Source: Syntrophobacterales bacterium
GTDB taxonomy: Bacteria; Desulfobacterota; Desulfobaccia; Desulfobaccales; 0-14-0-80-60-11
Assembly: GCA_023229795.1 (NCBI GenBank)
Contig: JALNYP010000011.1
Coordinates: 6,515 to 70,514, forward strand
Reading direction: 5' to 3'
DNA: 64,000 bases
Of this stretch, positions 8,992 through 18,472 are shown piece by piece (position 1 is the stretch's first letter; every line of letters starts with the position of its first letter). The notes under the pieces were generated by a model. That model was given only the letters and a program-made list of their open reading frames with translations, searched no databases and was not told the origin of the DNA. A program made the position numbers and the translations under genes.

Positions 8992-10332
8992 CTATTGCAT
9001 AAAATTCATGGGGAGCCGCATCTTCCCCTTCTTGCCGCCTTTGGCTACCTGCTTGATCATCTTTTGGGTCATGGTGAAATTCTTCAGCAGCCGGTTGACG
9101 TCCTGGACGGTGGTGCCGCTGCCCATGGCGATGCGCCGGCGGCGGCTGCCGTTGATGATGTTATGGTCGGCCCGCTCGCCCGGCGTCATGGAGCTGATGA
9201 TGGCCTCCACCCGTTTCAAGTCCTTCTCATCAGGCTGCATGCCCTTGAGGTCCTTAATCTTGCCCCCCAGGCCGGGGATCATGCCCAGGAGCTGCTCCAT
9301 GCTGCCCATTTTCTTGATCTGTTTGAGCTGATCGCGAAAATCATCCAGGGTGAAGGCCTCCTGGCGCAGCTTCTTTTCCAGGGCCTTGACCTCGTCGGCG
9401 TCGTAGGCCTCCTGGGCCTTTTCGATCAGGGTGAGGACGTCCCCCATCCCCAAAATCCGCGAAGCCAGCCGGTCCGGATGAAAAACCTCCAGCGCGTCCA
9501 GCTTTTCCCCGACGCCTAAAAATTTGATGGGCTGGCCGATGACCTCGCGCATGGACAGGGCCGCCCCGCCCCGGGCATCGCCTTCCACCTTGGTGAGGAT
9601 CACCCCGGTAAGTTTGAGGAGGTCATGAAAACTCTGGCCTACGGTCACCGCGTCCTGGCCGGTCATGGCGTCCGCCACCAACAGGATCTCGTTGGGTTCG
9701 ACCTTGGCCCGGATGGCTTTGAGCTCCTCCATCAGCGGCGCATCCACGTGCAGCCGCCCTGCGGTATCCAGGATCACCGTATCCAGGCCCTCGGCGTAGG
9801 CCGCCTCCATAGCCGCGGCCGCGATGGCCACCGGGTTCTGGCTGGCCTCGGTGGGATGCACCATGACCCCGAGGTCCGCGCCCAGGCGTTTCAACTGCTC
9901 GATGGCCGCGGGCCGCTGCACGTCCGCGGGCACCAGGTACGGCTGCCGGCCCTGGCTTTTCAGGCGCTTTGCCAGCTTGGCCGCGGTGGTGGTCTTGCCG
10001 GACCCCTGCAGGCCCACCAGCATCAGGGCCACCGGCGGCTTGCCGCTCAGATCCAGGCGGGGCGACTCGCCGCCCAACAGCGCGGTAAGCTCCTCGTGCA
10101 CGATCTTGATGACCTGCTGGGCCGGGGTCAGCGACCGCATCACCTCTTCGCCGACGGCCCGCTCCCGAATGCGCTCGATAAAGGCCTTGGTGACCTTATA
10201 ATTGACGTCGGCCTCCAAGAGCGCCAGGCGCACCTCGCGCAGCGCCTCGCCAACCTGGGCCTCGTTGAGCTTGCCCCGGCCTTTGAGCTTCTTGAAGACG
10301 GCGTTTAATTTGTCGGATAGTCGGTCAAACAT
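8992..10332 (-). CDS. ffh: signal recognition particle protein Ffh
   Basis: 446-aa ORF; SRP54 N/G/M organisation, GLQGSGKTTT P-loop, DTAGR, Met-rich M domain (MGSMEQLLGMIPGLG). Confidence 0.97.
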   Translation of the reverse strand: MFDRLSDKLNAVFKKLKGRGKLNEAQVGEALREVRLALLEADVNYKVTKAFIERIRERAVGEEVMRSLTPAQQVIKIVHEELTALLGGESPRLDLSGKPPVALMLVGLQGSGKTTTAAKLAKRLKSQGRQPYLVPADVQRPAAIEQLKRLGADLGVMVHPTEASQNPVAIAAAAMEAAYAEGLDTVILDTAGRLHVDAPLMEELKAIRAKVEPNEILLVADAMTGQDAVTVGQSFHDLLKLTGVILTKVEGDARGGAALSMREVIGQPIKFLGVGEKLDALEVFHPDRLASRILGMGDVLTLIEKAQEAYDADEVKALEKKLRQEAFTLDDFRDQLKQIKKMGSMEQLLGMIPGLGGKIKDLKGMQPDEKDLKRVEAIISSMTPGERADHNIINGSRRRRIAMGSGTTVQDVNRLLKNFTMTQKMIKQVAKGGKKGKMRLPMNFMQ

Positions 10333-10341
10333 ATTTTTTCT

Positions 10342-10470
10342 GTAGGGGCGGACCCAGGTGTCCGCCCTGCTTGAGGGCGCACACGCAGGTCCGCCCCTCC
10401 ATTTTTAGTCACTCGTTCCCAAGCTCTGCTTGGGCATCATTGGGAAAATAGTGGGCCATGCCCACCCTAC
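10342..10470. repeat. REP mosaic A-A-F-B
   Basis: GTAGGGGCGGACCCAGGTGTCCGCCC, GAGGGCGCACACGCAGGTCCGCCCC, GTTCCCAAGCTCTGCTTGGGCA (10415-10436), GTGGGCCATGCCCACCCTAC (10451-10470). Confidence 0.85.
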
Positions 10471-10521
10471 AATTTTGCCCAGGGCAGGCCAAACCCGCCT
10501 TTTGTACCCTTGTTATACCAG

Positions 10522-10553
10522 AAAACCCCAAACTAAAAACCGAAATCTAACCC
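10522..10553. repeat. 7-nt-period array overlapping rtcB stop codon
   Basis: AAAACCC CAAACTA AAAACCG AAATCTA ACCC; degenerate units; rtcB TAG at 10547-10549. Confidence 0.45.
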
Positions 10554-11986
10554 TTAATCACTCCCAACGGCTTCAGCTTGGCCACCTTCTTGGCGATCCC
10601 GGCCCCATGCACCACGTCCACCACGCTGGCCACGTCTTTATAGGCCTCCGAGATCTCTTCGTCGATGGTGGCCCGGCCCGCGCCCCGGACAATGATGCCC
10701 TGCGCCGCCAACTCCTTAATGATGAATCGCCCCCGGGCCTCCTTCTTGGCCTGGTGCCGGCTCATCCTGCGGCCCGCGCCGTGGCAGGTGCTGCCGTACG
10801 TTTCTTCCAGCGCCTTCTGCGTCCCTACCAACACAAACGAGTACCGCCCCATGTCCCCGGGGATCAGCACCGGCTGCCCGGTCTCCCGGTAGGCCTCGGG
10901 CACCTCCGGGTGATGCGGCGGGAAGGCCCGGGTCGCGCCTTTGCGGTGGATGCACAGCTTCCGGGGCTTACCCTCCACCGTGTGGGTCTCAAGTTTCGCG
11001 ATGTTATGGGCCACGTCGTACACCAGGTCCAGACCCAGGTCCCGGGGCCCCAGCTTGAAGACCTGCTCGAAGCTCTCCCGCACCCAATGGGTGATCAACT
11101 GGCGGTTGGCAAAGGCGAAGTTGGCCGCGCCGGCCATGGCCGCCAGGTAATTCTTGCCTTCCGGCGAGGTCAGCGGCGCACAGCAAAGCTGGCGGTCCGG
11201 CAGTTCGATGCCGTACTTGGCGCTAGCTTTGAGCATCACCTTGATATAATCTTCGCACACCTGGTGGCCCAGACCCCGGGAACCGGTGTGCACGATAGTC
11301 GTCACCTGGTCCTGAAACAGTCCCAGCTTGGCCGCCAGGGGCGCATCGTAAATTTCACAGACATAGCCCACTTCGACAAAATGGTTGCCCGACCCCAGGG
11401 TACCCAACTGGTCCTTGCCCCGGTTCATGGCGAAGTCGGAGACCAGGTCCGGGTCGGCGCCTTCGATTTTGCCCCCGGCCTCAATGTGCGCCAGATCGGA
11501 GGCCTCCCCGAAGCCTTGCTGCACCGCCCAACGAGCCCCGTCTTTGAGCACCTTCTTGAAAGCCGAGCCGGTGAGCTTGAAATCCTTGCGCCGGGACCCC
11601 ACTCCCGACGGGATATTGGTGAACAGCGTGTTCACCAGGTCTTCCATACAGCAGGTAACTTGGTCCCGGTGCAATTTGGTGCGCAGCAGGCGCACGCCGC
11701 AATTGATGTCGTAGCCCACGCCGCCGGGCGAGACGATGCCTTCGTCCGGGTCGAAGGCCGCCACGCCGCCGATGGCGAAGCCGTAGCCCCAATGAATGTC
11801 GGGCATGGCCATTGAGGGGCCCACGATCCCCGGCAGGGTGGCGACGTTGGCCACCTGCTGGAGGCTCTGGTCGTCCTGGATGGAAGGGAGCATCTCCCGG
11901 GAACAGAAGATCAGCCCCCGGGTGCGCATCTTGCCTTCCCGGGGAATCTCCCAGCGGTAGTCGTCGATTTGCCGCAGCTTCACCAT
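10547..11986 (-). CDS. rtcB: RNA-splicing ligase RtcB
   Basis: 479-aa ORF; GYDINCGVR, HTGSRGLGHQV, CHGAGR motifs of RtcB. Confidence 0.95.
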   Translation of the reverse strand: MVKLRQIDDYRWEIPREGKMRTRGLIFCSREMLPSIQDDQSLQQVANVATLPGIVGPSMAMPDIHWGYGFAIGGVAAFDPDEGIVSPGGVGYDINCGVRLLRTKLHRDQVTCCMEDLVNTLFTNIPSGVGSRRKDFKLTGSAFKKVLKDGARWAVQQGFGEASDLAHIEAGGKIEGADPDLVSDFAMNRGKDQLGTLGSGNHFVEVGYVCEIYDAPLAAKLGLFQDQVTTIVHTGSRGLGHQVCEDYIKVMLKASAKYGIELPDRQLCCAPLTSPEGKNYLAAMAGAANFAFANRQLITHWVRESFEQVFKLGPRDLGLDLVYDVAHNIAKLETHTVEGKPRKLCIHRKGATRAFPPHHPEVPEAYRETGQPVLIPGDMGRYSFVLVGTQKALEETYGSTCHGAGRRMSRHQAKKEARGRFIIKELAAQGIIVRGAGRATIDEEISEAYKDVASVVDVVHGAGIAKKVAKLKPLGVIKG

Positions 11987-12001
11987 AAGACAGTTTCCAG
12001 T

Positions 12002-12036
12002 GGTCAGTAATCAGTGCTGTGCTCCTGATCCCTGAC
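12002..12036. repeat. imperfect inverted repeat of 7-nt units between archease and rtcB
   Basis: GGTCAGTAATCAG ... CTGATCCCTGAC; arms pair at GTCAG/CTGAC and ATCAG/CTGAT. Confidence 0.45.
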
Positions 12037-12047
12037 ATATAATAACT

Positions 12048-12503
12048 TCACAGATCCAGGACCACCGTGGCCCGCCAGCCGCCGTGGTCGGGCACGATTT
12101 CCAGTTGATGAAAGGTCGCCGCCTTGACCGCGGTCTTGGCCGGATGCCGGGTCTCATCGTAAATGTCCCCCTGCACCCGAGCATCCAAATGCTCATCGGT
12201 CAGGGTCACCACGGTAAAATCCCGGCCCAAAAATCCATCGATATCAAAAAGATAAAGCAGGTGGTTGAGCCAGTCAACCAGGAGGGCTTCCCGGTCGCTG
12301 GAGGCCACGCTCACCTCTCGGATAACCCTGCGTCGCAAAAACCGCACGTCCGTCAGGGTGGCGCTTAAGGCGCGACCCGCATTTTCAAAGAGCCGGGGAA
12401 GACTCTCGCCCCACAAGCGCCAGGCCAGGTCCGCGGTATGCGGCATCTGACGATAAGGGCGACGCCGCCTCCGGAGAGAGGCCTCCGCGTTTCTGCCTTT
12501 CAT
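12048..12503 (-). CDS. archease
   Basis: 151-aa ORF; N-terminal HTAD motif; directly upstream of rtcB on the same strand, the known archease-RtcB pairing. Confidence 0.8.
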   Translation of the reverse strand: MKGRNAEASLRRRRRPYRQMPHTADLAWRLWGESLPRLFENAGRALSATLTDVRFLRRRVIREVSVASSDREALLVDWLNHLLYLFDIDGFLGRDFTVVTLTDEHLDARVQGDIYDETRHPAKTAVKAATFHQLEIVPDHGGWRATVVLDL

Positions 12504-12594
12504 AACTTAATTAAGTTAAGAACTTTACAACTTATATCAAGCCCTGGAATAATTCAGCCGGGCACAATTTCTACCCTGGGAGCAGGCCAGCTTC

Positions 12595-13245
<651 letters not shown>

Positions 13246-13266
13246 TTGTTTAACCTTGTGCAATCC

Positions 13267-13288
13267 TATAGGGCGGCCTGTGGCCGCC
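13267..13288. repeat. REP-like palindrome, family D (TAGGGCGGCCTGTGGCCGCC)
   Basis: Same unit at 43641-43662. Confidence 0.8.
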
Positions 13289-13379
13289 TTTAGGCCCAGG
13301 AGGGGACGCCTCTTGCTCCCAAATTCTTAAGGGGTCGGAGCAGAGACGGGTGCCCCTTGCCCTCTCCCTCAGAACCCAA

Positions 13380-15251
13380 TTATTTTCCCGCGCCCGCCGG
13401 CCGGATGTGTTCGCACCACTGCACGCAGAAGGCGCAGCCGGAGCACACGTCGGGGTCGATCAGCAGTTTGCCCGCTTCGCCTTTCTCCAGGTACATGGCC
13501 GGGCAGCCGAAATAGTCCAGGCAGTGGCGGCAGTCCTCACAACCCCGGGTCACCTGGAAGCGGGCCTGGCGCTTTTTGCCGGTGATGCGGGCTTCATACA
13601 AGACGCAGGGCGCCTGGGAGATGAGCACCCGGACGCCGGCGGCTGCCAGGGCCTCCTTGGTGGCCGCCAGGCTTTCTTTGTACTTGAACGGATTCACCAC
13701 CCAGAGCTGGTTTACCCCCAGGGCCTTAACCACCCGGGGAATGGGCACGTGCTCACCGGGATAGCCCGGCGGCAGCATACTAACCCCGGGATGGGGCTGG
13801 GAGCCCGTCATGGCCGTGGTGCCGTTGTCCAGAATCACCAGGAGGAAATCGTGGCGGTTGTGCACCGCATTCACCAGGGCCGGCAGCCCGGCGTGGAAAA
13901 AGGTGGAATCCCCGATGAAGGCTACCACCTTCTGGCCCGTGGCCTGGGAGATCCCCGCTGCGGTGCTGATGGACGACCCCATGCAAATGAGGAAATCGGC
14001 CATGGACAGCGGCGGCAAGAGCCCTAGGGTATAGCAGCCGATATCCGTGGGAAAGACGCCCTCGACCCCCAGGTCCTTCAGGGCGATCTTCACGGCATAG
14101 TAAGTGGCCCGGTGGGGACAGCCGGGGCACAGGTTGGGCGGCCGGTCCGGCAAGGTATGCCCCAAGATCCCCTCCGGGATTGCCAGCGCCGGCGCCTCAT
14201 ACGCCGCGCCGAAAAACCGGGCGATCACCTGCCGCACCAGGCCTGGGTGGTATTCGAAGAGGCGGGAAAATAATTCCGGGTCTTTGCCCCGGATGGTCAC
14301 CATCAGCCCCCTGGTCTGGGCGATAGCCTTGAGGCCCTCTTCCAGAAAGGGCTCCAGTTCCTCCACCACCAGGACCTTAGAAAGCGGCGCCAGGAAATCC
14401 TCTATCAGCCTCTCGGGCAGCGGCTGGGTGAATCCCAGTTCGAGCACTTTCACCTTGTCCGTCAAGCCTAATTCTTTCAGTGCGTCCGCCACGTAGCTGC
14501 GGCTCACGCCGCTGGTGACGATCCCCCAGGCGCCGTTGCCGCCGGCCCGATTGTAGGGAGAAACCTCGGCCAGGGCGCGGGCCTGGTCCTCCGCTTGCAG
14601 CAGGCGCACGTGGGCCTGGCGGGCCACCGCCGGCACCATCACCTTTTGGAAGGGCTCTTTGTGGAACTTGCCCAAGCCTGGCGGGGGGGGCAGCTCCCCC
14701 AGGGTCACCGGCCCCCGGGTGTGGTTCACCCGGGTGGTGGTGCGCAACAGCACCGGGACCTTAAGCTCCTCGGAGAGGGCGAAGGCCGCCTTGGTCATTT
14801 CCAGGGCTTCGTCCGGGTTGGCCGGCTCCAGCATGGGCAGTCCCGCCATTTTGGCGTAGTAGCGATTGTCCTGCTCATTCTGGCTGGAGAACAGCGACGG
14901 GTCATCGGCGCTGACGATCACCATGCCCCCCTTCACCCCCACGTAGGCCAGGGTCATGAGGGCATCGGCAGCCACGTTGAGCCCGACGTGCTTCATGGCG
15001 CACAGCACCCGCCAGCCGCAGGCCGCGGTGCCTGCGGCCACTTCCAGGGCCACCTTTTCATTGGTGGAAAATTCGAACCGGAGGTCGGTCTCCCGGGAAA
15101 TTTCGTAGCAGCGGTCGCCGATCTCCGAGGCGGGAGTCCCCGGATAGGTGGTCACCAGGGCCACCCCGGCTTCCAGGGCGCCCCGGACTATGGCTTCATT
15201 CCCCAGGAAAAGCCGCCGCTCTCCGGGCTGTCCGGACAAAAGTTCTGACAT
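13380..15251 (-). CDS. iorA: indolepyruvate:ferredoxin oxidoreductase subunit alpha
   Basis: ORF 13380-15353 trimmed to ATG 15251 (MSELLSGQPGERRLFLGNEAIVRGALEAGV fits IorA N-termini); TPP site GDSTFFH; C-terminal CxxCxxCxxxC motifs. Confidence 0.9.
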   Translation of the reverse strand: MSELLSGQPGERRLFLGNEAIVRGALEAGVALVTTYPGTPASEIGDRCYEISRETDLRFEFSTNEKVALEVAAGTAACGWRVLCAMKHVGLNVAADALMTLAYVGVKGGMVIVSADDPSLFSSQNEQDNRYYAKMAGLPMLEPANPDEALEMTKAAFALSEELKVPVLLRTTTRVNHTRGPVTLGELPPPPGLGKFHKEPFQKVMVPAVARQAHVRLLQAEDQARALAEVSPYNRAGGNGAWGIVTSGVSRSYVADALKELGLTDKVKVLELGFTQPLPERLIEDFLAPLSKVLVVEELEPFLEEGLKAIAQTRGLMVTIRGKDPELFSRLFEYHPGLVRQVIARFFGAAYEAPALAIPEGILGHTLPDRPPNLCPGCPHRATYYAVKIALKDLGVEGVFPTDIGCYTLGLLPPLSMADFLICMGSSISTAAGISQATGQKVVAFIGDSTFFHAGLPALVNAVHNRHDFLLVILDNGTTAMTGSQPHPGVSMLPPGYPGEHVPIPRVVKALGVNQLWVVNPFKYKESLAATKEALAAAGVRVLISQAPCVLYEARITGKKRQARFQVTRGCEDCRHCLDYFGCPAMYLEKGEAGKLLIDPDVCSGCAFCVQWCEHIRPAGAGK

Positions 15252-15355
15252 AAGGTCCGTACCTGTTGGTTTCATCCGCCCGGCGCCAATACGTGAACCG
15301 CCGGGGCCAAAGAACTCCCCCGCGGCCGGCAGCCAAGCCGAGAAAATTTGCATAA

Positions 15356-15384
15356 ATTATAATTATTAACATATTCCCGGCGAA
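15356..15384 (-). promoter_or_regulatory. candidate sigma70-type promoter for iorAB
   Basis: Minus strand TTCGCC - 17 nt - TATAAT (TATAAT = 15361-15356) in a short AT-rich patch. It lies downstream of the longest-ORF start, which supports the trimmed iorA start. Confidence 0.35.
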
Positions 15385-15392
15385 TTACGAAC

Positions 15393-15418
15393 AAAAAAAC
15401 GCCGCCAAGCTGGCGGCG
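15393..15418 (-). terminator. rho-independent terminator after the response-regulator gene
   Basis: Minus strand CGCCGCCAGCTTGGCGGCG (8-bp GC stem) followed by TTTTTTT, ~110 nt after the stop at 15528. Confidence 0.75.
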
Positions 15419-15527
15419 GAAGCGGCAGAAGTTCAGGAATCCAGGGAAGGGGCGGGGACGGCAAATACTGGCGTCAGGCTTTCAGAGCCTGGTTCCCGAG
15501 AGAAATATCCGTTTCACCCCAGGGTTA

Positions 15528-15929
15528 TCAGGCTTCCAGGAGGGGGGATACGAAAGCCTTCCCCTGGCGCACGGTCTCGATGGCGGCAAAGAGCGCCACA
15601 TCCGCGTCCTCCTTCAGGAGATAGCCGTCCACGCCGGCCGCCTGGGCTTGCTGCAGATATTCTTTACTGCGATGCATGCTCAGAATCAATATTTTGATGT
15701 CGGGATACAGCTTCTTGATCTTCTCTGCCGCGGCCAGTCCCCGCAAACGCGGCATGGAAATATCCAGAATGACCAGGTCCGGATGGATTTTCTGGAGAAG
15801 CTCCAGGAGTTCTATCCCGTCTCCGGCCTCCCCCACCACCTGCATGTCGCGGTTTTCCTGAATGATCTTTTTTATGCCTTGGCGCACTAATACATGATCG
15901 TCGGCGAGCACGATGTTATAAGGAGCCAT
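15528..15929 (-). CDS. stand-alone response-regulator receiver domain protein
   Basis: ORF trimmed to ATG 15929; CheY-like (VLADDH, DLVILDISMP, KILILS); ends right after the receiver with no output domain. Confidence 0.85.
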   Translation of the reverse strand: MAPYNIVLADDHVLVRQGIKKIIQENRDMQVVGEAGDGIELLELLQKIHPDLVILDISMPRLRGLAAAEKIKKLYPDIKILILSMHRSKEYLQQAQAAGVDGYLLKEDADVALFAAIETVRQGKAFVSPLLEA

Positions 15930-16169
15930 GGTGAACTTCCTTTCTCCGGTAATCCATTGCAATCTTACCGGTTTAACGTTCCATGACCATCCTGGTGTGG
16001 AAGATATTTGCCCCAGCCCCGGGGCGGGGGGACGCCGAGCCACTGCTTATTCCCCGGCATACCTTCTACCCCCTGAATCGGCGACACCCCTCAAGCCGGA
16101 CTCTTACTCTCGCCGCCAGGACCCACCCGAAAGTCCAGGGCAAGTCAACCCGGGGGGAGGAATTTAGGC

Positions 16170-16830
16170 ACCTTTTCGGGGATCGGTCGTTCCAAATCCA
16201 ATCGATGTTCCAATAAGCAGCATCAAACCTAAGGAGTGTGAAAATTTACTATAATGAGGGAGTTGAGAATCCACCGATTCTCGTAACATTCCAAGAATAT
16301 GGTATTTGATAACCATCCGCCAGGGCCTTGTCAATGAAGCCTTTGAAAATTATGCCTCTTTTTTAAGAAAATTTTATCATTTACGCATATGCAAAGACTT
16401 GTGAGAATAAATGGTTTTAGAATGAACTTGATGATGGGTAATTCCCGCAATAAAATAGCGTCTTCCCTCCCCTGCTTATTTAAATCATTAGTTTAAATAA
16501 TATTAAAAATTACTTGTGGATAACTTCAGCTTTCTGGCTATCCGTAAATCTATCCAATTTTCTTGCTTGACTTGGTAGTAAGAGGCCTCGCCGCCAAAGT
16601 TTGGCTGGATCGGCAGAACTGCGGGCGCAAGGAGAGATCCGAAGCAATATTAAGCAATAAGGCAGGACTATGAGGCGCCGATCAGTCCAAAGGCACAAGC
16701 GGAATTGGTGCCTGGTGCGGTCCTCCGGGTACAATCCAGGGTCCGAGACACCGCTCCTCGGTTCCACCCGCCGAAAATATGATTCCCACATCGTTAGGAA
16801 CTATATAGTTTATCCCTATTTTTTCTTGCC
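16170..16830. other. AT-rich non-coding island (~32-40% GC per 60-nt line vs ~60+% background)
   Basis: Hand count of lines 16201-16560 gives 19-24 G+C per 60 nt. No credible ORF. Contains TGTGGATAA (16515-16523) and the palindrome TTATTTAAA-N7-TTTAAATAA (16476-16500). Confidence 0.8.
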
Positions 16831-17253
16831 CCGCATCCACCAGGGGAGATCGCCGGGTCCCTGGCCCGCCCGCACCTGGGCCAACTCCTCCTTGAGCTGC
16901 GTCACTTCGGTCTTGAGCCGGCCGACCTCCGCCGCCAGGGACGGGACCTCGGCCTTGAACCGCTCCGCCTCGCCGCGCAGCCGGGCCGACTCCCCCTGTA
17001 ATGCGGTGAGTTCAGACTTCACCGCGGCGGCTTCCCGGGCCGCGGCTTTGACCGCCGCCACTTCGGCCCTGAGCCCGTTAAGGCTGGCCTCCAGGTCCTT
17101 GAAACGCTCTTGGGCCTCAACGGCCAACTCCGGCCCCGGTTGTCCCCGGCCGCCTCGGCTCAGCACCGAAAGATCGGGGACTACGGTATCCAACGGATTG
17201 GCCTGGATAACGGCATCCAGGGGATTTTCGCCGATGGTGCTGCGCTTGGCCAT
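16816..17253 (-). CDS. coiled-coil protein, putative ParA-partner/adaptor
   Basis: ORF trimmed to ATG 17253, 4 nt after the parA-like stop, with AAGGGAG SD inside the parA 3' end. MAKRSTIGENPLDAVIQANPLD, then a ~90-aa A/E/K/L-rich coiled coil, then LPWWMRGKKK. Confidence 0.7.
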   Translation of the reverse strand: MAKRSTIGENPLDAVIQANPLDTVVPDLSVLSRGGRGQPGPELAVEAQERFKDLEASLNGLRAEVAAVKAAAREAAAVKSELTALQGESARLRGEAERFKAEVPSLAAEVGRLKTEVTQLKEELAQVRAGQGPGDLPWWMRGKKK

Positions 17254-17257
17254 ATCG

Positions 17258-18019
17258 TCAACTCCCTTCTTGACTGATGATCTCGTCGGCCAGGGCCCGG
17301 TAATCTGCGGCGCCGGCGCACTTGTCGTCATATTGAATAATGGCCTGGCCGAAAGACGGGCATTCGGCCAGCCGGACGTTTTCCCGAATGACGGTGTGGT
17401 ACACCACGTCGCCGGACCGCTGGCGCAATTGTTCCACCACCTCCCGGGCGTGGCGGGTGCGGGAATCCACCCGGCAGGCCAGGATGCCCGAAATCTTCAG
17501 GTCGGGGTTGAGGCGGTCCCTGACCACCTCCACGGTTTGCAGCAACTGGGCCAGGCCGCTCAAGGCCATGACATGGGCCTCCACCGGGACCAGGAGTTCC
17601 TGCACCGCCACCAGGGCGTTGACGGTGAGGACCCCCAGGGTGGGCGGGCAGTCGATGAGCACGTAATCCCAGCGGTCCGGGGGCAGGCGGTTCAAGTTGC
17701 GGCGCAGGATGGTTTCGGCTCCCACTTCTCCGGCCAGCATCTTCTCGGCCCCCACCAGCCACGACGACGACGGCACCAGATCCACCCCGGCTACCCCCGC
17801 GTCCTGCACCAACTCCAGCATCTCGCCATTGTCCGCAAAGATCCCCAGCACTCCCTTGCCGGGGCTTTTGACCCCGAACCACGCCGTAGTGGAATATTGC
17901 GGGTCCAGGTCGATGACCAGCACCCGCCGCCCCTTTTCCCCCAGGGCCGCAGCCAGGTTGACGCTGGTGGTGGTCTTGCCGCTTCCCCCCTTCTGGTTCG
18001 CAATGGCAAACGTTCTCAT
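17258..18019 (-). CDS. ParA/MinD-family ATPase (orphan ParA-like)
   Basis: 253-aa ORF; deviant Walker A KGGSGKTT, DLDPQ, IDCPP; no ParB gene adjacent. Confidence 0.9.
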   Translation of the reverse strand: MRTFAIANQKGGSGKTTTSVNLAAALGEKGRRVLVIDLDPQYSTTAWFGVKSPGKGVLGIFADNGEMLELVQDAGVAGVDLVPSSSWLVGAEKMLAGEVGAETILRRNLNRLPPDRWDYVLIDCPPTLGVLTVNALVAVQELLVPVEAHVMALSGLAQLLQTVEVVRDRLNPDLKISGILACRVDSRTRHAREVVEQLRQRSGDVVYHTVIRENVRLAECPSFGQAIIQYDDKCAGAADYRALADEIISQEGS

Positions 18020-18472
18020 GGCGTGTCTGTCTCCCTCGTCAATCCATCCCCGGGCGGCAGGTGCCGCCGGAGCAGAGGCTGTGATGCTCAGGTCGGGCCG
18101 GAACCCCTTAAAAAAAGCGCCCGGGCGCAGTCCAGACCCTCATCAGGTCTGGAACGCTCGGGCTGCCAATCTTCTCAAGGAACGGCCTCATGCGGCGGCC
18201 TTCCGGTCTGTTGGTTGATTTTATCCACCTTGCCACAAGCGGACGCGCCTGTCAACTTAAGCGAGCGGCCTCAAATCAAACCTGGTCATCACTAAAGCTC
18301 AAGCTGACACCTCATTACTGAAATTTTTCTCGGGGAAAAATTTTCTCGGGTCACACCGGGGGATGCAAAACCTCGCGTAATCTGCGAAAATAATGGGGAC
18401 CTGCCGCCCATCCTGCGAAGGCGAGGACGTGGCAAGAATATAAGCTCAGACTTCAGTTTTCAGGATCGCCCC

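Noticed and set aside
10430-11815. 461-aa plus-strand ORF
   Set aside because: Fully antisense to rtcB, which has unambiguous catalytic motifs. The sequence is low-complexity and Arg/Gly/His-rich, and its start lies inside a REP mosaic.
16510-16791. 93-aa minus-strand ORF in the AT-rich island
   Set aside because: No SD, odd composition (Arg/Leu/Ser/Pro-rich), straddles the GC transition. Likely a chance ORF.
16476-18229. Chromosomal replication origin (perfect DnaA box at 16515-16523, near-consensus box at 18221-18229, AT-rich tract, parA nearby)
   Set aside because: Only one perfect box and no cluster. No dnaA/dnaN/gidAB/parB context. Gene orientation returns to the minus strand after 25.8 kb, so there is no sustained strand-bias switch. 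Kept only as a low-probability alternative in the AT-island finding.
16670-18295. 541-aa plus-strand ORF spanning the ParA locus
   Set aside because: Antisense to the parA-like gene and its partner. Ser/Arg/Pro/Ala-rich with no domain. The minus-strand genes have Walker motifs, SD sequences and coupling.
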